A stretch of DNA of 64,000 nt from Amoebidium appalachense (lineage: Eukaryota; Protista; Ichthyosporea): positions 5,720,259 through 5,784,258 of the forward strand of contig CAVNZM010000002.1 of the NCBI GenBank assembly GCA_963693365.1. The letters run 5' to 3'. Position 1 is the stretch's first letter; each line of letters opens with the position of its first letter. Shown here in pieces: positions 15,631 through 41,928 of the stretch. Below the pieces are notes generated by a model. It was not told the origin of the DNA and made no database searches. It was given only the letters and a program-made list of their open reading frames with translations. Made by a program: the position numbers and the translations under genes.

Positions 15631-17410
15631 TTTAGCTCTCTTTCTCTCTTTATAGTGCACAACTCTCTCTCTCTCTCAGTCAATGCACACACACACCAGC
15701 ACACGAGTAAGTCTTGACAATGTGTGGTTAACACAGGCTTATTTCAACTGAACAGTTACCGTAGTATACGTAGATGCAAATATCCATGTATTGCATTTGT
15801 CTAATAATATTATTCGGATATGTGAGTAGTATAAATTCTGCAGTCGGGTCCAGGTCAGGGCAGGGGGGAGAAGGGGAGGAGGAGGAAGGGCGCGGGGGGG
15901 GGGGGGGGGGGGGGGGGAGGGAGGGAGGGAGGGAGGGGGGGCTCACGTTACTACTTCGAATCCATGAAGTTCGAGCACTCTTGAGAAGAAGGGTCACCAT
16001 CCCAAATTGTTATTCGAATACAGAAGATTCTCACATATTTTTATTTCTTCACACATGACTTTCCCAATCATACAAAAACTGTACGCGTACGTCTACGTAC
16101 AAACTCGAAACTGCAGCTTACACAGTTTTATGCTAGTAGAAATCGATCAGCATCATAATTACATGCTCGCTTGCGCCTGCATGCATGCACACGTGATGAC
16201 GCAACGGGTGCTTAGCCACCATTTCCGGAGGGCTATATACACGCCATAAATAAACAAAGGACAACCTGGCACAGCATAAGGCCATTCGGGTCACAGTGGC
16301 ACCACAATTTAATATAGTAGCGCCACGAAAATATCTGGATACAGCATTTTTTTTTTTTTTTTTTTTTAATCTTATCACGTTTTGTTCCCGGAGGGCCTTT
16401 TCAGGCCCTCTAGGGAAACTACCGTCTACCACACAGCACCGACAGTACACTAGTTAAGGTGCTATCTATGAGTTCAGCTAAGCTAAACCATCCTTCACAA
16501 CCTAACTATAAGTACACACTTTGCCCAGGGCTACTACCCCAGCCACGCCGGCAGGAGGCTCCAGTCCTCCCCTCCATTCAAAACCTAGCAATAAACGTTA
16601 GCCGAGGGCTCTCATTGGTCGATCTACAGTATTGGGAAGTCCTAAGTGTTGTGTTTAGTATTTACGGTGGGTATGGGTGGATGATGGGGTGTGGTGGTGG
16701 TGGTGATGGGGGGTTGCTGCCTAACATTACGTGCTGTTGTACGTATGTTGTGGCGATGTTTTTGTGAACTAAAAGGTGGGTTTTACAGGGCACACTGGGT
16801 CTGCGTGTCTTCCGGCAGTCAGAACAGGCTGGCCGGGTGTGTGTGGGGGGTGTATTTGTGGGTGTCTTGGGCTTTTGGGGAGCTATACTTTTCTTTCTAC
16901 GTGTGGTGGGTATATGGTGGTGTTTTTGCATTTTAGGGTGGGTGGGGGGGAGTATTGTGTTCCGTGGGTGCCAAATCTTTGAAAAGAAAAAGGACTGCAA
17001 CTCTACTGTGATTTTTCCTAAGATGGCACGGGTGGTGGTCTTGGTGGTGCCGGTTCTGGATACAGCAGGGTGGGGATGTGCTGAGTAGAGGGCATATGTG
17101 GGGGCCGGAAGCAGCAAGCGCAGTGTAGATGTGTATTACGCGATTGTGACACCAGTGCTGCTGCTGGACCTAAACAGTCAAATTTTCAATAATCAAGTCA
17201 AACTTTCCATTGACCTTCCTCTAGTCCTTTGATCTTAACACCACCCAAATGGAATGAATTCGGCCAACTGTCTGAGAGCGACATAACTGAAACGCAAATT
17301 GGCAGGCCATTAGCTGACATTAGCACCGACAGATTCCACGGTCCATTCTGCTGCCATAGTTTTGGCCATGCCCCAAGGTCCCTGGGCGAACCTGTGTGTA
17401 CGTGTGTGTG

Positions 17411-17479
<69 letters not shown>

Positions 17480-19372
17480 CGTGTGTGTGCATGCGTGTGG
17501 TTGCGGCCACAAGCCCATGGCGCGCGTACATGCGCGCGTGTGTTTATGTGCGTGTGTGCGTGTGTGTGCGTGCGCGCGCACGCGTGTGTGAGTGTGAGGT
17601 GTGTGTGTTAGATGTCTGTCTGTCTGTGTGTGTGTGTGGTGTGTGTGTGTGTGGAGGTGCCTGTGTATGTGTGTATGGGTGGGTGTGGTTGTGTGCAAGG
17701 GTGTGCGTCCTCCCCCACCCCCCCCACCCACCCCCTTCTCAAATCACACACACAGATACTGAATCTCCCCCCCCCCCCCCCCCCCTTTCCCCGCAACTCC
17801 CCTCTCACACATACAGATACCGGATCCCCCCCTGCCCCCCCCTCCCCCACCACCACCACCCAAACCCCCTCCCCCTACCAACATCTCACGTACAGATACC
17901 GGATCCCCCCCCCCTCACCACCTTGCCACCCACACGTACAAAGAAAAACTATAAAACCCCCCCCGAAATAATTGAAAAGAGAAGAAAAGCGGCAACCAAG
18001 AACACAAATTTACACACCACACACCTGTTCTTTTTTGGGCACATTATACTGAACTTCTGAGGACCGTGGTGCCGGTGGTGGTGATGGTTGGTGCCATCCT
18101 TCAATTCGGGTTCTAAGCCGTAAGAAACGGGCGCAAGCAATTACTACCGTTTGCGCGTCGCATCTAAAGGGCGCCTGTGAACTTGAGCGCAGACACATAA
18201 TCCGAAACTCCCTGCCGTTTTGCACTTCGATCTGCAATGAAAGATGCTCAGTGTCCTCTTGGACTGAGCTTACACCCCCATCGCCCCTTGTCATCACCCG
18301 TTCTACTGAAAATCCCACACCTCCCCCCCCCCCCCCCTCCCTCTCCCCTTCTAACGTACACATACACACGCACACGCGCACGCACACGCACACGCACACG
18401 CACACCCTCCCCTCCCTACGCACGCACTCATGCACGCATGCACGCAGGCATGCACGCACACACGCGCGCACACTCGCACGCACGCACACACGCACGCGCG
18501 CACACACACACACGCACACACGCACGCGTGCACACTCGCACACACACAACATACCGTAATGAGTGCAACACCTATGCACCAAGAAATCCTTCCCATGCCA
18601 GCCACTGCCAGCCAAGAAAAGGTAAAAGTTTATCTAATCATCGATGACATCCACACTCGTTCATTGAACACCAGTCTAACATATTTGCCCTCAAAAAACA
18701 CCTCGTCCCCCCCCCCCCCCTCCCCCCCCCCAAAAAAAAATAAAAATAATAATAAATAAAAATAAAAAAGAAAGAAAGAAAAAAAGAAAGGGGAAAAAAA
18801 AAAGACAAAATCAAGCTCACACACAACACAACCAAAATTTCCTTCCCTTTGTCTTTTCCCTCCCACGTCTCATCACCCATTAATTTCATAAAAGCAGCAT
18901 CCCTCTCTCTCTCCCTCTTCTTCCGCCCCGCCTTTCTCTCCCTATCTCACTCTCTCTCTCGCTCCCCTCCGCCCACACACCCAACCCCTCGCCCCTAAAT
19001 GCCCCCCCCCCCCCCCCCCCCCCCCCCCAACCCCCTGTCCCCCTCGCCCCCTCCCCTTCCCCACTTTCCTCCCTCTATCCCTCCTTCCCTCATTCTCTCT
19101 CCCGTCTTTCTCGATCTCTTTCCCCCTCTCCACCTCTCACTCCCAAACATATCACTCACCCTGGCTCCCTCCCTCCCCGTTTCTCTCCCTCAAAAGCTCC
19201 CTCTCTCCCCTCCCTTTCACTGAACCACATGCATGCACCTTTTATTGCTCTCCCTCCCTCCCTCTCCTTCCCTCCCTCCCTCCCTCCCTCCCTCCCTCTC
19301 TCCCTCCCTCTCTCCCTCTCTCTCCCTCCCTCCCTCCTTCCTTCTCGCCCTCTCCCTCCGTCCCTACTTCCC

Positions 19373-19413
<41 letters not shown>

Positions 19414-19427
19414 CCACCATCCCATCC

Positions 19428-19459
<32 letters not shown>

Positions 19460-20041
19460 ACAAGGCCCTCTTGCCCCCGGCAGAACACCCAGTCATTAGC
19501 ACACATTCACGCGTACAAGCAACAAACACCATGACACATGCGCACAAACAGACGCACGCACACCCACAAGATTATGTGAGCACACACACACCCACAAATA
19601 AGTATGCACATATGGTCGACACACACACACACACACACACACAACCGGATATAAGATTATTATCCATTTTAGGCAACATCAACAACCAAAGGTCTCTATA
19701 TGGCTACACATGCACGTTACCTATTGGTTCCAACGGATAAATCGACATTCCTCGCATTCCTGAGAGCATTTTCAGCTTCAGCGGCGTTTGGAGTGTCATG
19801 AAAGCAAGAAGACGGTCACTCCAAACGAAGACGAAGAGGCAAGAATAATAATGATAGCCAGCAAATCTAGTAATGGTCTAGCAGTGTTTTACAGGCACCG
19901 TTTACCTCAAGCCTTTGCTACCTTGTGCCCACTTTTAATAAGAAATAGTTCCATGCACAACTCTCCTTGCCACGCTGCTTCCACAAACCTGTCTTGCATT
20001 CACACAGCACCTGTTGTGTAAGGGTGGAGTTAGTGTTGGCC

Positions 20042-32832
<12,791 letters not shown>

Positions 32833-33570
32833 AAGGTGTGGGTGTTGCATTCTCCTTCTCTTTCTCTTTTTCTTTTCTCTTGGCTTTTTATATCTCGATT
32901 CAATGGTAGTGTGGTTTTTCTTGAAGCGTGCGCCTTTTTGGAAAATCGGTGAGGGCTGTGCTTGCCTCTTCTGTGTGCATGCCTCGCTGCGTTTTCCAGC
33001 ACGGCCACACACACACACACAGCCTTGGGACGCAATGTGTCTGTGTCCGCGAGAAACCTTAGCCATTTAGCCATGGATGTGACAAGATATACCTTTGGGA
33101 AATATGCTGCGGAAGATATGTACACGAAGTGATATGTGTAGAGATGTGTGTGTGGAGAGGTGTGTGTGTGTGTGCACGTGTAGAAATCCGGGTGTGTAGG
33201 GATGTTTATATGAAGTGTGTGTAGTTTTTCAATATGCACGTAAAGAAAAGTGCATGTGGAGAGGTGTGCATGAAGGGCTAAACTTATAATGGAAGGGCAT
33301 GTTGTTTTATCTTTTGTGTTTCCTCTCACACAATGCTGTCTAAGTGGCGCACACGGGGTGTGCTTCTCTGTTTGTTTCTTGTTATGTTTTACCTCTGCTT
33401 CTTTCTTTGCTTCTATCCTTTCCCTTTACTTCTTTTTCTTCTTATCCGTAATTTTTGTTTGTTTGTTTATTGGTCGGTTGGTTGGTTGGTTTGTTTGCTT
33501 TGATTGTTTGGAGGCGTGTGGTGGTGGTCGTGGTTATGAGCACGTGTGTGTGTGTGTGTGTGTGTGTGTA

Positions 33571-33602
<32 letters not shown>

Positions 33603-36424
33603 GGGAGGTTAAGGCGGCAAGATATATCAGCTTTCCTCACGAGTGAGTTCTAGTACATTCCATTTAGATTCCCTTAGTAGACTATCCGACTGGTTAACGT
33701 CATGCCTGCAAAACCCCGCTGGCCGTGGCCCCCTATATATATAGAATAGATTCATAGTGACCCAATTGACTCAGGCACGTGCACGCTGGTAAGTTATATA
33801 ACGTAATAAATCGAAGCAATGCGATTTTTACATGCAGGCAATTACTTAAAGTTAAATGTATGTGTGCTGTGCTGTGCCCTTTTGGACTTCACGGCTGTAT
33901 TGCGTATGAGGGGAATGAAGCCATACAAAGGAGACTGGGAGATTCGCAACTGCATGGTGGTGGTGCTTGGGATATACGTGGTGGTGGTGGTGGTGTATGC
34001 AGACGCAGACGCGTGCGTGTGTGTTTTTTTTTCTTCTTTCTTTTTTTTCTTTTCTTTTCTTTCTTTTTTTTTTTTTTGTGTGTTTTTTTTTTTTGTTTTT
34101 TTTTGTTTGTTTTTTTTTGGGGGGAGGGGGGGGGGGGGGGGGGGGGGGGGGGAAGTTGAGGGTCGGTTCAAACCGGTGCGATCACAAAGGGAGGATGCCT
34201 TGGTCCACAATCAGGTGGGGGGTGGGGGGGGGTGTGGGGAGAACGGGTGTTCAGAGAAAGCTCTTATGGGAGGGATGGAAGGCAACGTGAGAATGAAAGG
34301 GGAGAATGTTGGGGGCCAGTGATCACAACCAGATGTAGTTGGTGGAGGGCCTTGGCGTCTGCACAGAGCTTTTCCTGCCTTAGTTTTTCCTGCCGCTGCT
34401 CCTCTTCTTTTTGTAGCTTGCGGACAGCTGCGTAGGCAGCTAGTGGGGGAGGTACGCGCCCTTTCTTGTGAACACCCCTCCGCGCCATCGCTAAATAACA
34501 GTAGCTGTTTGACTAACCTCGTTTTTGAGCACGGTTTAGGAATCTCCTTTTCGTTTAAAAGGGCAAGCGAAAAAAAAAAAAAAAGGTTAGCAGGTCTCCC
34601 CTGCCTTTCGAAACACAAACTGGTTAACCGGGGTTAAATGTAGCGAGTAGAATGGGCTATGTGAGTTTAACCGGCAGCTAGCCACGTGCAGAACTTGAAG
34701 CTTTGGGCAGCTTGGTTCGACGCAAGGTATACGGCTTGTCACAAGAGAATCTAGATGCCAAACCATGGTAACGTTCTGCAGTTCTGTTACGTATCAGCTA
34801 ACTGGAGCTACAAACCTTATATTCGAGTATATGCACTGAAAGCCGCTTGAAAAAGTCACCCGGCGGCCGAGAGCGCTTGCCATGGCCGTTGGCTGTTCGT
34901 CCAGGAAGGCATCGCATTCAACGGTCACATTCCATTTAAGATCTACTGGACAATGATTGGTGAAGAAGGCATCCGCTGGAATGTCATCTCATTAGTGACC
35001 AGCATCGGAGCAAGATGACGATTCCATATCTTCCAGCATCTTGAAAAACAATAAATGCTGTTAGTAATTCGCTGAGTCAATAGAGAATAAATAGGAAACT
35101 TCTTATGTGATATTTAGAATCACTGAAAGCGTTTTCAATGCATGTAAACCTTAATTTTTTAGGTTCTTCGTCTCCAAAGGCTTGGTAAGACTCCCTGAGT
35201 AAGATCTGGGTAATCATTTCGATTCCCGGGATGCAGTAACATTTGGTTGGTCCAAAGCGCATCACGAGATAAAATTTATACCAACTTACGTAAGGCGGTT
35301 ACGTTTCAGTCGCCTCTGTGTGTGCTCTCCCGTGCTGTGTCCAAAGGGCACCGTTCGTTCCGTGCCTTTTCCTTTCCCCCCAGGCTTTGTCCCGAAAAAG
35401 GGTGAGGATTCCGGCCCCATCAACGCCCATCCTAGGGAATCCACGTCAGGACAATGCAAACGGACGAGTTTTTAGCGATAGGCTACTTTTCCTTTAGAAT
35501 TTTTCTCGGTTTTCGTAGGTGGTACCTGTAAGCGATAAGAGTAGCGAGCGATGTACCGCGGAACGTACCGAGGATAGGGTAGACGATGCCCATCACAGGG
35601 ATCGATTATCATCCAGGGAATCCAGAGTATCCGGCCGGAATCCGAGCGGAAGGAACACCCAAAGGCATCATGGCTACAGGAAAAAACGGAGAGGACGAAG
35701 TTAACTGCACGGACTGCTATTCACAGCGATAGGGAGGGCATATATATGTATAAATATTTTGTCAACTGCCCGGAGATCCATGTTGCAATGGCCGGTCATG
35801 ACGATTATCATTCAACGTTGTTGTTCTGTAGAACGCTTCCAGCAACGTTATTATAGTATTCGGGATTGCGCACAGCCTTCTGTTCGTCTGGCAGTAAAGT
35901 AAATCCGGGGACATTCATCAATGCTGCGCCCGCAGTGTTTCACCTACCATGCTTTCGACTTTTTTTTTTTTTTTTATGCAGCAACTTTTTCCATGCTTTC
36001 CGGTAGTTTGTTGGATTCTTCTAAGTGCACATTTTCTAATCCAATGACGAGGGCCGTAAAACAACAGTTCAGTTCACCACCAGCAGGCACTACATCGACA
36101 ATTTTTTAGACGGAGGTTGTGGGAACCAGTGGAGGGATATGGCACGAAGAGCTGGATCGGTATGATGTTGTGCAAGCGGCACCGGAGTGATTATGAACTT
36201 TCACTAGTTCAGTTCACGCACCACGTTCCATTCACCACTGAGACGCACCACCATTCAAATAGCCGATAGAGGAGAACTTGAAAAGTTAGCTGGTTGACTG
36301 CTGGGGAGTGGAAGTCACGACGGCATAGCCTGGACGGCATGATACATCACTGTTAGGTTGGGAAGGAGAGTTGAACACGGGACGGAGGGCAGTTGTGCTG
36401 ATCTATTGCATTCCAGCCGCAGCC

Positions 36425-39382
36425 ATGAAGACCATCCTGGGAACGCAGAACCTCAACATTCCCGACAATGTGACGGTCACCGTCAAGTCGCGGAAGGTCA
36501 CCGTCACGGGTCCCCGTGGCGAGCTGAGCCGCGAGTTCAAGGTGTGCATGTGCCCTTATGTGAATGTGCCCGTTTATTTATTGAGTTTTGTTGGGGGGGG
36601 GGGGGGGGGTTGCCCCAGCGAGTGGGTATTTCTTTCTTTTCCGGACCATATCGCTGGCTCTGTTGTGGAGCGTGTGAGTGCTGAAGGTTGTGCTGTTTGC
36701 TTTCTGCACAACTTGCATGCTTGTCCTTTCCGTGTTGACACATCATCCCGCTACTCGGTTGTCCTTGTTCACTGGTGTCATCAAGACGGTCGAGCTCTTT
36801 TTCACAGAATCCTGCTGACATGGCTTCCCTGCAGCACCTGAACCTCGAGCTCAGGATGCTGAACCCCAGAAAGCTCCGTGTGGACGTCTGGTTCGGCAAG
36901 CGCAAGGACCTCGCCTGCGTGCGCACCATCTGCAGTCACATCAAGAACATGATCAAGGGTGTGACCGTGGTAAGTACCAGGGGACACACGCGCACACACG
37001 CAGGTGCAGATACAGGTACAGGTACCATGTTGGTGCCGTGTGCAGGTAGCAGAGTGAGTTGTGACGTCCACCGAGCTGTAATGTTTTGCAAAGCGGATTG
37101 GATCGTCGTGCTTTTTTCGTGAACAGAACGGATACAAGAGACGTTACAGGACGGTTACCATGGCAATGCTACTGAGTGGTGGAGCTGATGACGAGTGAAC
37201 AACATTCAACCGTGTCATCACGTGTGGATTTAGTAGAAACGATTACTGGGACGGTGTCGGAGCAATGGACTAGTGTTTTTACCTCGGACGGGCAGGTTTG
37301 AAGATGAGGCAAGACTGGGTGGTGTGTTGGAAGGAGCGACTCTGTGGTTGGCAAATGGACCCCTCAGTGGTTCCCTGGTGGGGGAGCAGTCTGGTCAGTC
37401 ACGTGATCTGCGCAACACCCCGTCGTCAGTGTAGAGATGGAATTTTTCCCGTTCCGTTTTCTCGGGAACTTTCGTGGTTTTGGCATCCTTTTAGGTCGAG
37501 TCTGTGCCATCCCAATAGTTATGGGGAATTTTGTTGTTTTGGGAGAGGAAGGAGATTGATTGGGAGATGAGGGAGGGAAGGCACCAAGATATGTGTGCAT
37601 TCGGAAGAAATCGTCGGATTGCCCTGGTTGGGGCACCTCTGTGAAATCCAAACAAGTGCCATCATTACCTATTGCCTGATTGGGCTGTTTAATGGGTAAT
37701 TTATTAGGGGGGTTTAGAAGCTGTCGGCAGTGAAGGTCACGGAGGGAGTTCATGTGGGACTTTCGGGGGAGGGATGGGGGTATGTAGGTCTCTGGGGAGT
37801 GCTGGGTTGGCTTTTCTCATATGTGCCGTGTTTGTGCGTGCAGGGCTACAAGTACAAGATGAAGTACGTGTATGCGCATTTCCCCATCAACGTGAACATT
37901 GCCGACGACAAGAAGAACGTGGAGATCCGCAACTTCTTGGGTGAGCGTGTGACCCGCTACGTCGAGATGCTGCCCGGTGTCAAGGTCGACTTTGCCGGGA
38001 AGGACGAGCTTGAGCTCCAGGTCTGTGCTTGCACTTTTGCGCCCTGGGGGGGGGGGGGGGGGTGCGTGCATTTTGGGGAGGGGGAGGTTGTGCTCCTAAG
38101 GATGTGTGTGTGCACACTGATTGGTGTATGTGTGCAGCGGCGGGGTTTCGTGTTGGAGCTGGTCTAGGTTTGTGCTTGTGGGGTTGCGCCTCGTTTGTGG
38201 GGGGGTGGGTGGTGCTTTTGTGTGGGCGTAATGTGCCTGTACTGACGTATACCGGCATGTTAGCGGTGGGTGGGTGCGGCTAAGGGTATGTGTGTGCATG
38301 TGGTGGTGAGTGTTCCACGTGAATATGCACAACAGTAGGCTTGTGTATGTTGTCTGTGTGGTTGTATGGGTTGTGTTCACATGTGTGCTCTGGTGGGCAT
38401 ATGACTGCAACGCACGTGACTGTTGGCCATGTGGGTTCTTTTGGGGGGGAGGGGAGGTTGGTGTGTCTGGGTTGAATGATGGTGTGTTAGGATGCTCGTG
38501 TGTTGTGTTTTAGGGAAGCATCAGTGATGGGATAAGTGTTTGGGATAGGTGGGTGGGTGTCGGCGCCGTGTGAGGGAAACATTCATGTATCTCTGGGTTG
38601 ACGTCGTGTGCATTCATTTTTTCACGTGTGACTGGAGGAGGATGGATGGGGTTCTCTGGGGTACATGCCCTATTGGTTCACATTTGTCGGGATAAAGGCA
38701 GGTGCACATGTATGGGTGGTGGTTGCGTGTATAGTAGGGATGAGGTGTGTGGACCTGGAAGCATGGAAGTCCACCTGTGGGGATATGGGGGGCCTGCCTG
38801 CTGTTTGGAAAGGGGAGGGTGCAGGAATACTCAGCATGGTTAATGGTGGGGAGTGTTGTTGGTGTGAGTTACTATTGTTGGTACCACTGAACAACAGACG
38901 GTTGTGGCTGGGAATCATCGGGGGGAGGGGCAAGTGGTATGGTAGTTCTGTCTGCAGCAGAAAGTTGCTGTATTATATCTTAAACGTTTGTGACAGGAAT
39001 TTGTGTTTTTGATTTTTTTTTTTGGGGGGGGGGGGGGTAATGAACTGATGAGAAAGGTGTGGTGTCATGAGCACTGTCAGTGGTGTCTGCGTGATGGGGG
39101 AGTGGGGTTTTACTTGAATCTGACGTGAGCACCTGTATGGTGTATTTTCTCTTTGGGGGTTTTTTTTTTGGGGGGGGGGGGGAGGCGAGGCGAGGAGGGG
39201 TGATCTTGATGACCCGAAGTCATTGTGTGCTGAGCGTCACGTACGTGCAGGGTAACGACCTTGAGTTGGTGTCGCGCTCTGCTGCGCTCATCCAGCAGTC
39301 CGTGCTTGTGCGCAACAAGGATATCCGTAAGTTCCTGGACGGTATCTACGTGTCCGAGCGCAGCACCGTGGTTGCCGAGTAA
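36425..39382 (+). CDS. RPL9: 60S ribosomal protein L9 (uL6), 4 coding exons
   Basis: Exons 36425-36541, 36835-36969, 37844-38020 and 39251-39382, all phase-0 GT-AG: [18 protein letters not shown]...[17 protein letters not shown]...[17 protein letters not shown]...[42 protein letters not shown] overlaps the stop. Confidence 0.98.
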
Positions 39383-39716
39383 ATAAACCGCTCAGCGCAT
39401 GACTGCAGCCAGCATTGGTGTGCTCGGTGAGCAGCAGGAATGAATGAACACGCGGCCAAGTGTGCAGGGTGCTCACCTGCCTTTGGGGGGGGGGGGGTTT
39501 CATGACACAGGGGGTGTTTGTGCAAGCAGTGGTATTCATGCTGATGGACTACATCGTAACAGAGACGCTCATAGTCTATGTTTAATCACACTTGCTCAAC
39601 GGCTCTCTCATATTAGTGGTACAGGGATGGTGGACATGTGTCACTGTTTGTTGTTCCCTTCTCTGTGTGACTGTGCCACCGTGTTTATCTATGCATGTAT
39701 GGGTGCTGGAGGGGGG

Positions 39717-39784
39717 GTAAATGGGGAGATGGCCTCAGATTGGGGGGGTGGGTGGATCCAATCTGAGGCCATCTCCCCATTTAC
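39717..39784. repeat. Perfect 27-bp inverted repeat with a 14-nt loop downstream of RPL9
   Basis: gtaaatggggagatggcctcagattgg (39717-39743) / ccaatctgaggccatctccccatttac (39758-39784). Confidence 0.9.
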
Positions 39785-40245
39785 TATGCATACTTTTTAT
39801 GTATGGTTTGCACTCTGCATCGTGTTGTCCATTGTTCATATGTACTTCGTTCTAATTATAATTATGACTCTTTCAAACCCCCCGGGGGGGGGGGGGGGGG
39901 GGGGATTCAATTGAGAGTCTGTGTGACACTGTACATGTGTGGCTGCCGCGAGGGGGGGAGTCCAAGGGGGAGGCTCAGACTCAATTGATAGTCCGTAGTC
40001 ACTACGTGGCCGTTTTCGTCATCGTCCCCTCGAGCCGAGCCTTTTCCCTCCGTGTGTGTCGAGTGCCTGGATGGTTGTTGTACATGTAACTACATTCAAA
40101 CTGTGTGCACTTGTAAGGAAGACCACGTGGCAGTTTGCCACCAACCCATGTGTACATCCCCGCGGGGGGGGGGGGGGGGCGCAAAAGGGGAAAAACTCTA
40201 TGCTAATGGCATGTTTTATGTTGGGCGCTCACTTTAAGGCTTTGT

Positions 40246-40362
40246 ATGACTGCTATGAAAATTTGGGGGTCTGAGTGTACGTACATGACTGCAATGAAAA
40301 TTTGGGGGTCTGAGTGTACGTACATGACTGCCATGAAAATTTGGGGGTCTGAGTGTACGTAC
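40246..40362 (+). repeat. 3 x 39-bp tandem repeat
   Basis: atgactgcNatgaaaatttgggggtctgagtgtacgtac at 40246, 40285 and 40324; one variable base, no spacers. Confidence 0.95.
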
Positions 40363-40557
40363 ATGCGGGGTAGCAAATTGGATATCAGGGGGACACAGTG
40401 TGACAGTTGCACGTGTATGCCACATTTGAAATATCAAGTCAATAACTCGGTGCTGGCATGTGCAAGGTATGTTGGTAGTAGATACACTAGTACATGGACA
40501 ATGAAGACCGATTGCAATTGTCACGGTTACCCAATCTTTGGAACATGTATTGGATCA

Positions 40558-40693
40558 TTGATATGCATCTATAATTGGGCACTAAAAAGGTTCAACCCCT
40601 GCCCAATCCCCCTTACCCACTAACTTTGAACCTTTTTAGTGCCCAATTATAGATGCATATCAAAGTTAGTGGGTAAGGGGGATTGTGCAGGGG
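40558..40693. repeat. Interleaved inverted repeats A-B-A'-B'
   Basis: A 40558-40595 is the exact reverse complement of 40626-40663 (38 bp). B 40596-40629 pairs with 40660-40693 (34 bp, one mismatch). Confidence 0.9.
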
Positions 40694-40846
40694 ACCGTCC
40701 CGGAAACAGTGAACGGAAGAGGGTGTGGGGCAGCTACCAGAGGGCCTCGGGGAGGACAACTCCTTCAGGCCACTACCATGGCCACTATACCAATTAATAT
40801 TCAATTGCATGTGTACCCTGGCCAGAGAAAGTTTCGTGTCTGCAAG

Positions 40847-41247
40847 GGCCCAACCACATTGTTGACTCTGCCGAAATATATTCTGCAAAAGCAGAACTAT
40901 TCTGCCAACGTTTCGTTGAGATTTACGGCTAAGTCTTTAAGTTAGCAGATTTTATATATCATAATATCTTGCTAGCGATAGCGCTATGAGCAGAATTATT
41001 CTGCTTTTCGCCAAGTCCGAGAATTCTGCTGCCGTAATCAGAATAATTCTTTTTGCGGAACGTTTTGCAGAATAATTCTATTAGAAGCTGGGTGATTAAG
41101 CTTTAAGCAGAATAATTCTGTTTTTTGAAAATAGTTCTGCTTCTTCTGAGAATAGTTCTGCTTTTGCAAATTTAATCTGCTTTAATTCTGCTTTAGCAGA
41201 ATATTGCTGCTCAGAGCAAGTTGAGGCTCTGCCGATGTGGTTGGGCC
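40847..41247. mobile_element. MITE-like element with 13-bp TIRs and internal palindromic AGCAGAATAATTCTGCT-like repeats
   Basis: ggcccaaccacat (40847-40859) / atgtggttgggcc (41235-41247). Subterminal IR tgcaaaagcagaactattct / agaatagttctgcttttgca. AT-rich and non-coding; no clear TSD. Confidence 0.7.
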
Positions 41248-41656
41248 GTAGTCAACACAACGTTGACTGCGGCACCAAGAGTGAGGCCCATAGGCCTATG
41301 TAGGGGCACCACCGTCTCGGATGCACGAGAAAATTCACGTTTACCCTACCAGAATAGTGCACTTGAGCAATATGCCATACCGTAGTGGCCACACGCAAAA
41401 CCATCAATACAATTAGCTACCGTAATTACGGTGAGCGCACCTCACTAGACTTTTAATAAAAGTCCTTACCAGCATGCGCACAATGAACTATGTAGAACTT
41501 TTTTGATTTTGAAACGTGGAGCTCGAGGGGGATATATGGCGTAAATCCTTTTTCTTTTTTTTTACTATGATAATGGATTTTATTTCGACCGGGGCATTAG
41601 ACAGGGCGTAGATCGGAGGGGGGGGGATCCACCGGCCTCCGGTTGGCGGAGATCTA

Positions 41657-41702
<46 letters not shown>

Positions 41703-41871
41703 CACCACCCAGAGAGGGCCCACTTTTAAAAATGACTTATGATTATGTAAGCCTGTATATGTAACAGTTGGATATCAACTTGAAAGCATTATGGTATTGG
41801 CACTTTCTATAGCCTGCAGTGTATCTAATACTCAACAGGCTCTGTGACCTGCTTACACTAGCTAGGCATCC

Positions 41872-41928
<57 letters not shown>

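Noticed and set aside
17015-18700. Possible second minus-strand orphan gene with exon-like blocks at ~17020-17395 and ~18025-18235
   Set aside because: Some AG/GT boundaries exist, but I found no consistent reading frame, start codon or recognisable motif.
19785-19827. 11-bp inverted repeat upstream of the phosphatase gene
   Set aside because: Too short to distinguish from chance without further copies.
34860-35700. Short ORFs upstream of RPL9
   Set aside because: All frames are interrupted and no motif was recognised; probably promoter DNA or a decayed insert.
40246-40362. 39-bp repeats (also the 21- and 24-bp arrays) as a CRISPR array
   Set aside because: The units are contiguous with no unique spacers, there are no cas genes, and the context is eukaryotic.
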